Shown: positions 1-16,728, counted from the first letter of the stretch. The stretch is DNA of 64,000 nt from the human T2T-CHM13v2.0 reference genome, Homo sapiens (GCF_009914755.1 NC_060929.1), one strand, 5' to 3'. A program made the numbers and translations. The notes: generated by a model not told the origin, from the letters alone.

Positions 1-252
1 AACTGTCTTAAAAATGTTTACAGAAACCATTAAATGAATGTGAGTAGTAGCTGAGGAATGATGAAAAAGTGATGGTAATGATATGGTGCAAGTGGATGGA
101 AAAAATATATGTATAATGCTGAGATTTTCAAATGCATGGAAAATCTTATTCTGTGGGCCTTGTCTGAATTTTAAACTGATACCAAGAATAAAAAAATATA
201 GTAGCACAAGTCCATTGACACCTGGAGGGTCAGGCCTAGAAAGCTAACCTTC

Positions 253-279
253 AAAGTGCAAATTTTAACAATGGAATGT
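253..279 (-). promoter_or_regulatory. Retained miRNA seed matches in the retrocopy 3'UTR (miR-1/206 8mer; overlapping miR-19, miR-130 and miR-17 seeds)
   Basis: Minus strand ACATTCCA at 279-272 and TTTGCACTTT at 262-253. Confidence 0.6.
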
Positions 280-756
280 TTTAGCAGGGACTTAAGGACA
301 ATCCTCTGTCTTTTTCTTGTTGAAAAGACCTAAGATGTTCAGGAAGTATTTATTCCTGGCCAGAATTATTTCAGTTTCTTGGTAAAACAAAAATATTTAG
401 CCACAATTACCACCCACTCATTCACATACCCAGAACCATTCTTAGGGGTGTTTGCTGGGAGAAAAAGCCCTAATCTATGTATCATGTAATGGAACTCTTA
501 TTTATAATCTAAGTTTTTTGAATCCACTACTTTAAATACCAATATGCACCTCTCTTATCCCCTCCCTCTCCACCCATCTACCCCATACACCCCCAGTGAA
601 CCTAGGTATTCTAATGTCTTTGTGTTTTCTAAGCCTCATGAATAAGACTGTTGAATACCACCTCCACCGGATCAAAATTAACACCTGGTGCACTTTCTAC
701 AGCACCTTTTTTCTTCTCCACAAGTGAGAGGAATCTTGATACTTTCAAGCCTGTAT

Positions 757-1926
<1,170 letters not shown>

Positions 1927-2101
1927 TTAAAAGAAGTGAAGTCACGCCAGGTGATTGAACTCCTTGGAGGATGAAGTAAAATGAAAAGGCAAATTCAGGC
2001 ACTCAGACCTGTCTATTTAAAGTTTAAAACTCCGCTGCTGTTTGTTACTTTCCTCACGCCTTCCCCCAATGAAAGAAAAGTGCTGATACCTCGTAAAAGC
2101 T

Positions 2102-2277
2102 GCTACTCTCTACTTTTAAAAGGGCTTGTATGATTAGATCAGGCACACCTGGATAATCTTATTTTAAGGTCAACTGTACATGATAGAACATATTATGAGT
2201 AGTACTTACACTCATAGGGATCCAGGTATTAGAGTAGGACATCTTTGGGAGGCCATATTCAAATTCTGTCTACCACA
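2102..2277 (-). mobile_element. MLT1-type MaLR LTR, 5' part, interrupted by GJA1P1
   Basis: aagggcttgtatgattagatcaggcacacctggataatc...ttttaaggtcaactg, ending attctgtctaccaca (reverse complement of the TGTGGTAG.CAGAAT LTR start). Confidence 0.7.
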
Positions 2278-2289
2278 GTAGATTTTGCT

Positions 2290-2916
<627 letters not shown>

Positions 2917-3136
2917 TCATGCCTCTTTGTAATTCCTTTCTTCTACCTTTTACTACCCTGTCACAGCCAACCACTAAGGTGCTTTCTGTCACTAGGTATT
3001 AGCATTTCTCAGAACTCTTAAAAATAGAATCATGCAGTAAGCACTTTTTTTTCCACTAAGTATAATTATTTTAAGATTAATCCATATTGTAATGTGTATC
3101 AATAGGTTATTCTTTTTATTGCTGAGTGGAGTTCTA

Positions 3137-3435
<299 letters not shown>

Positions 3436-4447
3436 TGGAGTTCTATTTAATGAATATACTGCAGTTTATCCATTCAACTGTTGATAGACTTTTGGATGAT
3501 TTCCAGTTTGGGGCTACTCTAAATGAAGTTGCTGTAAACATTCCTGTACAAGCCTTCATCTGGACAAATGCTTTCATTCTCTTGGGAAACTGCCTAGTAG
3601 TGGAATGAATCGATCATCTGGCATTTGCATGTTAAATTTTTTAAGAAACTACCAAATTACTTTCTAAAGTTTTTGTTCTAGTTTACATTCCCAACAGCAG
3701 TCTATGATAGTTTCAGTTCCTCCCCATCGTCGTCAGCACTTACTTGGCCTGGTTAGTTGTTAGCCTTTCTAATACTTCTATACCTTATTGTGATTTTAAT
3801 TTGCCCTTTCCCATTGAATAATGATGTCATGCATGTTTTCATTTGCTTATTTGACGTTTGTATATCTTCACTGGTCAAGTGTCCAAATCGTCTTGCCTAT
3901 TTTAAAAATTGGGTTGGTTGTTTTCTTGTAATTAAGTCTTGGTTCTTTACATATTCTGGATACAAATCCTTTTTCTCTCAGTCTGTGTCTTGTCTTTTCA
4001 TTCTCTTAACAGTGTCTTTTGAAAAACATCTTTATTTTGATAAAGTTTAATTAATCAATTTTTTTCTTTTATGGATCATACTTTTTTGATGGTATATCTA
4101 AGAAAACTGTTGAACCCAAGGTCCTAAAAGTTGTTTCTTAAGTTTACTTTTAGAAGTTTAAAATTTATATTTGAGTGTAGGACCCATTTCAAGTTAATTT
4201 TTGTATATAGTGTGGGAAATGGTTAGAAGTTTATATTTTTGGCATGTGGATATCCAGTTTTTCCAGCACCACTTGTTTTAAATGACTATTCTTTCTCTCT
4301 TGACTTAACTTTTTACCTTCATATTAAATTCAGTTTTTCATACTTATATGTGTCTCTATTTTTGGACTCTGTTCTTTTCTGTCAATCCTTTTGTCTCCAT
4401 GCCAATACCACAATGTCTTGATGACAGTAGCTTTATAATAAGTCTTG

Positions 4448-6298
4448 ACTCAGAAATAAATCCAAACATATACAGTCAACTAATTTTTGACAAGAAGACA
4501 CAAAGGGGAAAGAATAGTCTGCCTGACAGATGGTGCTGGGAAAACTGCATTTTCACATACAAAAGAATGAAATGGGACCCTTATTTATACCATACACAAA
4601 AATCATCTCAAATTGGATGAAAGACCTAAATATAAAACCAGAAACAATAAAATTCCTAGAAGAGAACATGGGGGAAAACTCTGGGACATTGGCCTTGGTG
4701 ATGATTTTTTGGATATTACAGCAAAAACTCAGGCCACAAAAACAAAAATAAATAAATAGGACTATATCAAACTGAAAAGCTTCTGCACAGCAAAGGAAAC
4801 AATCAGCAAAATGAAGCAGTAGCCTACAGATTGTGAAAACTACTTGCAAATCATATACCTGATAAGGGGTTAATATCCAAAATGTATAAAGAACTCATAC
4901 AACTCAATAGTAGAAAAGCAAATAACTCAGTTTAAAGATGGGCAGAGGAGGCTGGATGCAGTGGCTCATTCCTGTAATCCCAGCACTTTGGGAGGCTGAG
5001 GCAGGAGGACTGTTGGATCCAGGAGTTCAGACCAGCCTGGGCAACGTAGTGAGATCCTGTCTCTATGACTTTTTTTTTTAAATTAACCAGACATGGTGAC
5101 GTGTGCCTGTAGTCCCAGCTACTCAGGAGGCTGAGATGGAAGTATTATTTAAGCCAGGGAGGTTGAGTCTGCAGTGAGCTGTGATCATGCCACTGATCAC
5201 AACAGATGTGCCACAACAGAGTGAAACCTTGTCTCAAAAAAAAAAAAAAAAAATCACATACAACTGATGTACCAAAAGAGAGCAAAACATTGTCTCAAAA
5301 AAAAAAAAAAACCCAAAAAACAAAAACAAAACAACAAAGAACTGTTTTTAAAAATGGGCAAAGGCCTAAATAGACGTTTCTCCAAAGAAAACATAAAAAT
5401 GGCCGACAGATATACGATAGGTGCTCAACATTATTAATCATCAGGAAAATGCAAATGAAAACCACTGTGAGATAGCACCTTACTCCAATTAGGATGGCTA
5501 TTTTTAAAAAGGGAAAAGATAACAAATATTGGCAGGGGTATGGAGAAATCCTGTACACTGTCGGTAGGAATGAAGATTGGTACAGCCATTATGGCAAACA
5601 GTATGAAGGTTCCTAAAGGAATTAAAAATAGAGCTACCATGTACCTCAGCAATCCCTCTTCTGGGTATATGCCCAAAGCAAATTTAATCACCGCTTGTAA
5701 AGATATGTGCACTCCTATATGTATTGCAGTGTTACTCACGATAGCCAAGATACGGAAAAAAACTAAATGTTTGTCAGCAGAGAAATGGATAAAGAAAATG
5801 TGTTACATATGTTCAGTAGAATATTCTTCAGCCGTAAAAAGGAGCAAGATCTGACCATTTGTCAAAACACAGATGAGCCTGGGGGACATTATGCTGAGTG
5901 AAATAAGCCAGACACAGAAATGAAAATATTACATATTATATATGGAATCTTAAAAAAAAGTCAGATATACAGAGATAGAGAATGAAACGGGTCACTAGGG
6001 CAGAGGGCAGGAACAGAGGAAATGGGAAGATGTAGGTCAGAGGATACAAAGTAGGAAATATGTAGAATGATCAAGTCTAGAGATGTAATTTACAACATGT
6101 GAACTATAGGTAATAAAATTGTTCTGTGTATGGGATTCATGCTAAATGAGTAGAGTTTAGCTGTTCTTGTCACACAAAAAAATGGGTAACTATGTAAGAT
6201 GATGGATATGTTAATTTGCTTCACTATAATATTCTTTTTACCATCAATATGTATTCCATAACATGTACCTTTAATATACACAATAATAGTTCTTTAAA
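4448..6298 (+). mobile_element. 5'-truncated L1 (L1MA-like), ORF2 end and 3'UTR, nested in the older L1
   Basis: cagaaataaatcca...caactaatttttgacaag, aaaagcttctgcacagcaaaggaaac and a 3'UTR. Degenerate TSD aataagtcttga / aaaaagtcttaa. Confidence 0.85.
4950..5340 (+). mobile_element. AluJ-like element with aberrant duplicated 3' end
   Basis: ggctggatgcagtggctcattcctgtaatcccagc..., two ttgtctc-poly(A) tails; TSD-like tttaaagatgggcagagg / tttaaaaatgggcaaagg. Confidence 0.85.
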
Positions 6299-6619
6299 AA
6301 GTCTTAAAATCAGGTAGTATTAGTCCGGTTTATTCTTCTTTTTCAGATTCTTTTAGAAGTCCTTTGCATTTCCATATTAATTTTAGTATTAGTTTTTCAG
6401 TTTCTATAGAAAGGCTTGGTAGAATTTAGAGTGAGATTTTATTTTATCAATATATCAATTTGGGGAAAATAGACTTCCTAGCAATATTAAGCTTTCTGAT
6501 CCATGGACATAGTATATCTCTGTAGTTACATAGGTTGTCTGCAATTTCTCTAAGCAAGGTTCTTTACTTTAGCATATGGGACTCTTCATCTTTTGTCAGA
6601 TTTATCACTGATGTACCAC

Positions 6620-7835
6620 TAAAAGAAGAAAGGACTCAAAGTAACAACCTCAGCTTCTAGCTTAAGAAATTAGAATAAGAGCAAATTAAACCAAAATAAG
6701 TAGAAGAAAAGAAACAATATAGATAGCAGCAGAAATCAATGGAATGGAAAATACAAAAACAGGGAATAGTGATAAAACTAAAAGCTAGTCCTTTGAGAAG
6801 ATTAGTAAAATTGATGAACGTCTTCCCAGACTTATCAGAAAAAGACTGAAATTACTAATATGAAGAGAGAGGTGATATCACCACAGAATATTCAGATATT
6901 AGAAGGATAATGAATGTTATGAATAACTTTATACAAATTTTATTTTATTTTTAGAGACAGGGTCTCACTCTGTCACCTGCTGGAATACAGTAGTGTGATC
7001 ATAGCTCACTGTAGCCTTGCTCCTGGCACAAGCAGTCCTCCTGCCTCAGCCTCCCGGAATTTGGTAACTTAGATAAAATGGACAAATTTCCTTAAAGATA
7101 CGAACTACCTAATCTCATTCATGAAGATATAAAGAACCTGCATAGTACCATATCTTTTAAGAATTGAATTTCTCATTTAAATAACCATTCCTCAAAGAAA
7201 ACTCCAGGCCTAGATGGCTTTTCTGGTGAATTATACCAAACTTTTAAGAAGAAAATGTTACCAATTCTATACAACCCACTGAAAAAGTTGAAATTGAAGA
7301 ATATTTCTAAACTCATTATTTGAGGCCAGCATTACCCTGATTCTAAAATGAGACAGAAACATTACAGGAAAAGAAAACTGCAGACCAATATCATTCATGA
7401 TCATAGATTTAAAAATTCTAAGCACAATTTTAACAAAGCAAATTTAACAATATATAAGAATTCATGATCAAGTGGGATTTATCCCAGGACTGAAAGCTGA
7501 TTTAACTTTCATAAATCAATATAATTAATCATATAGATAAAATAGAAATTATATGATTATTTAAATGCAGAAAAAAACATTTGGCAAAATCCAGCACCCT
7601 TTCCTGATTTAATAAAATTCTCTGTAAACAGGAATAGAAAACTTCCTCATTATGATAAAGGGCTTCTAAGAGAAACCCATAGCTAACATTATATTTAATG
7701 AATGAATGACAAATGACTAAATGTTTTCCCCCTTTATATCAGAAATAAGATAGATATGCTGGCACTCACAACTTCTCTTATTGTACTGGGTGTTCTAGTT
7801 GGTGCAATAAAGAAGAAAAAAGTAAAAGGCATCTT
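6620..7835 (+). mobile_element. Old L1 ORF2 fragment (linker to RT N-terminal part), containing a minus-strand Alu monomer fragment at about 6938-7057
   Basis: aaaactaaaagctagtcctttgagaagattagtaaaattgat; ccaggcctagatggcttttctggtgaattatacc; tgaggccagcattaccctgat. Confidence 0.8.
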
Positions 7836-8099
7836 TTAATTGTTTGAATATGTTTTCTTTGCTCCCATATTTATTTGCCAGTATTTAAAATTAAAATGGT
7901 AAGATACTGTAGTATTATAAGATTATGTGGTATTAATTCTACAAAACTTAAAATTAATTGATTTTTTTTTAAACTTTTTGGATTTATGGTTGACCAGTTA
8001 TGTTTTCTTATCTCCAGTGATGTCCTCTTTAGACATGGCTTTGAATCCTCTAGTCTTATACAAGTTATATATAACTTTCTAATATTATCATGAAAATAG

Positions 8100-8484
<385 letters not shown>

Positions 8485-8747
8485 AATTTTATGCTATTTT
8501 CAAGTTAAACCTTGGTAACAACCTCTTCCCACCTTCTACTTACTTCTCTCAATATATTGCTGTTTAACATCTACTATACCACTTTTTGTTCTCATCAAAG
8601 AGCAGATGTACATCTCAGAATTTGTAAAGATAAATCAGCAGAAAAGCAAAAAGTCCCTTGAATGAATTTCCACTACAAAATCAAAACCTTATAAATACAT
8701 GGTTATGAAAAGCACTGGAGAAACTAAATAGACTTGGTTAGCTTTTA

Positions 8748-8995
<248 letters not shown>

Positions 8996-9124
8996 TTATG
9001 GGATCTCTGTCTCCTTCCCTTATTTCTTTGCTTAGTTCCTCTCTCCCTCTTATTTCAACATGTAATGACAAACGTACAGAGTTATTGAAAGGCAGTAGAG
9101 GTTAGTGGTGAAGAGTGGAGCTCT

Positions 9125-9762
9125 AATAAGTGGTGATAAAAATATGAGGAAACCAGAACATTCATACGTTACTGGTAGAATGTAAAATGATGGTCACTTT
9201 GGAAGAGAATTTCAAGTCTTCCCAAAACGTTAAATAAAAATCTTTCATATGACCTAAGAATTCCACTACTAGGCATCTACATAAGAGAAATAAAAACCTC
9301 TGTCCGTGCAAATACTTGTATGTAAATGATTATAGAAGCATCATTTATAATTGCCCAAAAGTAGAACCCAAATGTCCATCAGCTGATGAATGAATAACCA
9401 ATATTTAGTATATCCATACAGTAAATAACTATTAAACAATGAAGAAAAATGAGCTACTAATATATGCTACAACATGGATGAACCTCAAAAACTATCCCAA
9501 GTGAAGTCAAAAGACTACACGTTATATGATTCCATTTATATGAAATACCCAGAAAAGACAAATCTATAGAAAAAGAAAGATTGTATTTTCCTGGGGCTGG
9601 GGTGTAGATGGGGATAGACAATAGACAGGCATGAGGGTTCTTTTTGGAGTGATGAAATTATTCTAAATTTGTCAAAACTCATTGAATTGTACAATAAGCT
9701 GGGTAGAATTTACATATATAAACTAAGCTTCAATATACTTCTTAAGAAAAACAAAACAACAA
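9125..9762 (+). mobile_element. L1MB/ME-like 3' end
   Basis: catatgacctaagaattccactactaggcatctac; gctacaacatggatgaacctcaaaaac; tatgattccatttatatgaaatacccagaaaagacaaatctataga. Confidence 0.8.
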
Positions 9763-9884
9763 ACTCAAGAGCCAGGCAGTCTTAGCTGAAAGCTTACTTA
9801 GCTCAGTCTCTTTTAAGTTGTATGAACTTACTCAACTTACTTTTAACCTCTCTGTGCCTTAGTTTCCTTATCTGTAAAATAATA

Positions 9885-10163
<279 letters not shown>

Positions 10164-10183
10164 TTATTAAATGTACTGTGATT

Positions 10184-10252
10184 GTGTGTGTGTGCGTATG
10201 TGTGGTGTGTGTGTGTGTATATATATATATATACACACCAAACACACATATG
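10184..10252. repeat. Compound (TG)n(TA)n(CA)n microsatellite
   Basis: Read directly from the sequence. Confidence 0.9.
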
Positions 10253-11467
10253 TAAACATCTACATAAATATCTTAGAGTGCTTGACACATAATCACTATG
10301 TGTTTGTGCTCATCATCATCATCAGTATCATTATACTTCATAATTGTCTGAGAGGAAAAAAATGGCTAATTAAAATGCCTGCTATAATCCAGCCAGAACT
10401 TTAACTCAGACTGAACCTGCTCCTGCCCCTGCTTCTAACTCTATTCTAACCTGATACTTGTGTAGTCAAGAATGACCTAAAAACAAATTGGGAAGCACAG
10501 TTTGTCTTCAGTTCTTCCCTTTTACCATCATTTGTGATTGTATGTTGTAATGTTTAGCCTTTATACGTGTCATTTTCTTCATATGTGAAACTGAAGTGAT
10601 TGGATTACATGACCTCTAAATTTTAGCTATAACCTTGAATTGTTTCATTGTTATGAAATTTTTTTGAAAATTTGAAACCTCTGATAAACTTTAAGACCAC
10701 TTCAAAATTATTTGTCTTTTCTCTTTATAAAAGACATAATAGGGAAATAACCAGCTAGTTTTTTTATTATAAAACTAGTACAATAATATATAGTATCTTA
10801 CATTTACATAATATTTTACAGTTGTCAAAGCACTTTAACATTATGTCAGTTATTCTACTAGAAGTTATTATTTCCATTTACAAAGAAACTATTAAATAAG
10901 TGAGGTACAGAGAGCTTGAAGTGACCTGTCAACATCAGTTAAATAGAAAGTAGGCTAATAGTACTCTATTTCTACTATTGTGTAATTAGATTTTTATGTG
11001 GGTCAAAATATATAATCCTTTTATGAAATGAAAATTCAAGCAAAATGTCTGTGCAAGATACTCTGTGGATGAAAACATGAATCCCTATTTCATAATTTCT
11101 CAACCTTGTGCATAGATAAATAAATAGCTCGTTTCAGTAAACAGGAAAATTTCTGTTTGAGTTTCTTTTTTCTCTACTGGGAATAAAGCTGTGGAGGGAA
11201 GATTTAGAAAACTGTTAGGTTAAAAGCAAGAATTTAATAACTTCCTAGTGTCTAATATGCAAATCATTTCTAAAATGTATTATGCAGAGATTTAATATGC
11301 TCCTGTTCTTGTCAGATAACTGAGCCCTTTTGGAATCATAAATCCAAAATATGTTTTAACCAGAGTAATGTTTGAGAAGATTATAAGCATTTGAGAATTC
11401 AAGTTTAGAGTGAGTAGTCCAAGATGATTCTGTCTTTGTTTGAATCATCTCTTGAATTATGAATACT

Positions 11468-11497
<30 letters not shown>
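11468..11497. repeat. (TTGC)n tetranucleotide repeat, about 7 units
   Basis: ttgcttgcttgcttgcttgcttgcttgctt. Confidence 0.9.
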
Positions 11498-11498
<1 letters not shown>

Positions 11499-11666
11499 TG
11501 AGTTGCTGGATAAGTAAAATCAAACAAAAGTCAGCTCTAAATGGCAATGGGTAATATGAAAAAAAAACCCTAATATGCTAAAAGATGACCCCTTACTTTA
11601 TAGACAAGTTATTACTTAGAAATTCAAATTAAGAGAGGACTTTTAAAAGTGACAAGCTATGAGTTA

Positions 11667-12002
<336 letters not shown>

Positions 12003-15000
12003 TTATGTTATATGTAAAATATGTAGTCTAGACAGCTGTCATTTGTTTTCATATATGTGATTAAATTAAGACTGCAATGAAAGATGCCGTGATGAATAGG
12101 AGACTTAGCACCTTAACCTCCAAGTACAATAACACCTGTGCTGACTCTGGGAAAGCTGGTTAATTTTAGAAAGCCTGAAAAAAAATGTCAGTCTCAACTT
12201 TTTCTTTCCCTAGGGATTAGTAACTACTCCCTTCTTTCTGACCTGAATGTTCTTTTTGAGTTCAGAACTTCCTGGAACTAATTAAATGTTATATTATCTG
12301 GTACAATTCTCAGCTCACACAGACTCATGGCCCTTGGCAATCCTCAAACTCATCGTAATTTTAAAATGACTTATGACTTTGGAACTTTTAGAATTTTTGA
12401 AGAGTTTTCACCAGGCTTAAGACATTGTCAGAATTTATCTCACCTCTGTAACATGACATTTTATTTATGGTTTAAAAAAAGTAATTGAGTTCATTTGGTT
12501 TATTTTAGGCTTAGAAATTTTAGGCTTAGAAATCTAGACATGATTATTTATATTGTTCTCATAAATGTCTTTAAGATTTCCATATAAATCTTTCAATTGT
12601 CAAAATTCGTTTTCTTTTAATTTTTCATTTGCATTTGTAATTTCTATAGTACATTTCACTAATTTTTGCCAAAAAGTTAAATTCTTTTAAAAAATAAACA
12701 TTTCATCCTTCCCATTTATTGTGAAATTTTATATTTTTACAGGATTTTAACAGTCAGTTTCAGTTATGTGACTTCACAGCTCTGGAAGGTTACTATGGTA
12801 GTTAACTGGCAATGACAGTTTCAGCTGCTTTGGTAACAAATCCCAGCATTTGGAGTCTAGATACTTGCCTGGCATTTGTGTCTTTCACTTGTGATAAATG
12901 TAGAAAGGATAAATTGAGCCAACAAAGGATTAAGGAATGTGACTCCTGCCTCATACTCACTAAAAGAGAATCCTCAAAGTCTGAACTGGTGCCTTTCCTA
13001 ACATAGTTTAACCCATTGCCAATTATATTACAATTTTACTTCACAGTAATCAGTTTTGAGGCCGATTAAAAGAACAACATAGTAATTCTCGAATTAATAT
13101 TTCATTCAAAAAATTTTAAGATATAGCAACTCAGTGGCTGAATTTTTTAACGTTGCAAACGGATTACTAAAGAAAACCCAATACTGTGGAGTTTATTATT
13201 TTGTGTTGTTTGAAGATGATGGTAGAATATTCCTTTAAAACAACTTTGATATGAGCCTAAATGCATGCAATTATAGATTAGTGCACAGTAAGTTTCAATT
13301 TGGGAGAATGAGTACTTTTTTTCTTTTTTATGTTAACTGATGTTATATCTAAACCTAGACATTCCCATTTTTATTGTATAATTCAAGAACATTACATTAC
13401 TGAAAGTCAAAATATTATGCTCTTGGTTGTCATTTTACATCATGCGTAATATGTTTGATATAATGTATTTTCAAAACAACATTTAGAAAGATAGCAATTT
13501 TAAATTGATATTTCTTTCTGACCCCAGTGATACCTTGGATTGCTTTAGTATTTCACTTGCTGCTTAATATCCCAAAGCAAATACAGATGGAATAGTTTAA
13601 ACTGGCCATTCCTGCAGATACTAAAGTCAGTAATATCCTTGTAAATTGGAGTTACTTTATTTAATTTACATGTGACATAAGTTGGTAACCTATTGGCATT
13701 CCACATGTGTGGTATTGACCTTTTTTCCTAATGTTTTTTAGATATACTCTCTTAGTAGGCCACTGTTTTTTTTAGTAGGCATCTATTCTAGTAGTGTATA
13801 TTCTTTCCCAGAGGTTGAGCTAAATGATAAAGACATTAACCCAGAAGAAGAATATAAGAAATAAAAATATAACTATTTCAGTTAATAGGATCACTCCTGT
13901 AAAGAAAATATATCTATAACTATTACTCTGTCACCTCTTTGAGTGGTTTTAAAGAGTGCCAAGGGATTTTTTTCTATTAATGAGGAAATGTTGGTATGTT
14001 GTAAGAAACATTAAGTTTTCATGGTACATTTGAGCCATAGATGCATTATGTATGTCTGAGTAGTATTACTCGTAGGCTTTTTATGTTCTGAGCTTCGATG
14101 GCATTTATACCTATGAGTAAGTACCTCCAGCAAAGAGGCAGGTGGCATGGTGAGCAGGACAAAGCATGTTCTGAACCACTCTTGCTCTTAGATTCTGTTT
14201 TTTAAATGACTTTCTGTTATTTGAAGTTCCTTCACAATTGAAAGTGTAGGAGTTATGAATACATATGTATCCTTCCACATGAATGAACATTTCTTTAAAG
14301 GTACTGTGAGTTTCACTGTTGGCTTTGTAGGTGATAATTTTTATATTTTTGTTACTATACATGGAAAAGTCTTAAAATTCCAAAAGATGAACAAAGTTTA
14401 ATGTAATATTTTAAATAATAAGAAAATTTATTATTGGCAGTCTACTTATATTTGATGCAAATGTTAGAGGTGTGAGCAGGACTAGTGTAACTGGTGAATT
14501 CAATTGAAATAAAAAACAAATTTTACGTAAAATGGCTTGTTTTTACAAATAGGTTTTCACCAATAACCTATCCAATATATATGAAACTAACAGTGAGTAT
14601 CAGTATGAAATTTTCATTTTATCAGAATTGTAAGGAAAACTATAATTTCATTAAAACAGTTTGGAGCCCATACTGTTTTTCCAAGATTAAAAGACAACTG
14701 AAAATCCTTTGAATCAAAATTTTAAAAAAACATTTATTGAATCCAAGTTAAAAGTGAATATTCTGTTTTATTTTTTCCTGCTTGCACTGATGTACCATAT
14801 ATATTCAGATTCTATTATGTAGAAACCAAATAAAAGCCATGATCTGGTCAGCATTAGCCAAAGATATTGTAATGCTACTCTTTTATTTGTAAATTTTATG
14901 CCTTTTTAATTGTAAGTTAGCCTCTGTATTCAGAAATGATGACGATACAAAGTATCTGGACTCTTCTCAAGTTTGTGGAAGCGATGAAGCTTATGCATTA

Positions 15001-15020
15001 ATATTAAGGAAGGTAAATCA

Positions 15021-15101
15021 GCTGAGCTTGGTGGCTCATCCCGTAATCCTAGCACTTTGGGAGCCTAAGGGTGGTGGAGCACGTGAGCCCAGGGGTTCAC
15101 A
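15021..15101 (+). mobile_element. Alu left-monomer/FLAM fragment
   Basis: gctgagcttggtggctcatcccgtaatcctagcactttgggagcc...ggggttcac. Confidence 0.75.
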
Positions 15102-16182
15102 AATTCATTATGAAGGATTACATATTATATTAAGCATTGTATAGCCTCTTGTCAGTGAAATGTGAAAATAATATTAGAAATTGTCATAACAAGGTTTTGT
15201 ACATGTGGAACTTTTTAATTCTTTATTTGCTTTCATTTGTCCTTTCCTGTAAAACTAGATTGTCATTAGTACCTGTTTATAAGTGTGTATTTCAATTCCA
15301 GAGAGAATATGATTGAGAGCCTAATAAATGTACCTACAAAATGTAACCTTTGTTTGAAAGAGTAAATTTGCCTAAATTATTCTGGGTCAAACTTGAGAAA
15401 ACATGATCACATTTGATAATATCCGCATTCAAAATGAAAGATTTTGTATAGCAAAGTGAAGGTGATTAAAGAGGTGACTTTCTATAGCGTCTTTAACTTT
15501 TTATTGTAAGAGATTACATATATTAAATATTTTCAGGTTAGAATCTGTTTTTTTAAGACCTTTTTCTTCTTCTGTGTTTGTCTGCGTTAGTTTCAGGAAC
15601 CTTTACCAGATCATTGATAAAGACTTCAAAATGAATATATCTCATAAGATGATACCTGCTACCAGCAAGTGGTTGAATCTCTGTATTTTCTATCTTGGGT
15701 GCTATAAATTAAGGAATAAACCCTTCCTGTAGTTAACACCTATCATGATTTCATGCCATTTGTTGAATAGGATGAGAGACTCAAATATCTATTGTTTTAC
15801 AATTTTTTACATCTTTATATGTGCTTTTTTAAAATAAAAGATTTTGTACATAGGTAATTACATAGCACAAAATTTATAAATATTACATCATTGAAATTAT
15901 TTGCTTTTAAGAATCAAATTTATACTTCTAAATTCTTTTTAAGTTAAGTAGGATTTCTAAACTAATGAGGCTATAATTTGATGGAGCTTTATTATTTCAA
16001 AAATAGTTGAAACCCGTCAGTTCTGATAAAAATAAACCCAGGAGATGCAACGATTAATTTATTTTTTGTTGGAGACAAATGTGTCATCCTGTATTTAAGT
16101 GACTGAAACCTAGAAATACACCTGTTTTTCTTTAAGACTTTCTATTCTTTATAAACCTGTTATGAGATTTGGATTAATTACA

Positions 16183-16650
16183 CTATTTGTTAAATACTTA
16201 TTGGGCACCAGCTTTGTTCCATACAAAATACGCTGGTGAAAAATACATCAGTGATCTCTTTTCTCAAAGAAGTCACACTGTAATGGGAGAAACATATGTT
16301 TAACAATAATCACAAATTTATTTCAAATTTTGATATGAAAAAAAGTGATCAGAGGGATGGTAGCAGGTGGAATCTATTTTGTTTTAGGGGCCTTAGGAAA
16401 CATCATCTGGAGGTGACATTTGTGTTAAGATCTGAAAGACAAAAATAACCTTGCAAAGGGGTAGGAAAAGGCTCAGATAATAGCAAATGCAAAAACCTGT
16501 GGTGGGAGAAGGCTTTTGTGTTTGGGGAACAGAAGGGTAGAGTGACTGCGGCTCAGTGAGCCTTAGAGAGACTGACATAAGATTGGAAAGGTAGGACCTT
16601 ACAGGTCAGGGTAAGCAACTGGATTTTATTTGCCATACAGTCAGTCGTGT
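16183..16650 (-). mobile_element. L2 3' region
   Basis: aaatacttattgggcacc; ggaggtgacatttgtgttaagatctgaa; ggattttatt. Confidence 0.65.
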
Positions 16651-16672
16651 GTTAGGGAGTGGAGTGACTGGT

Positions 16673-16674
<2 letters not shown>

Positions 16675-16707
<33 letters not shown>

Positions 16708-16728
16708 GCTGTTGCTGCTGCTGCTGCT
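16675..16728. repeat. Compound trinucleotide (GTT)11 GCT GTT (GCT)5
   Basis: Units counted directly. Confidence 0.95.

Noticed and set aside
4348-5854. ORFs resembling reverse-transcriptase protein C-terminus
   Set aside because: Fragmented L1 ORF2 remnants with frameshifts and stops; not an active element.
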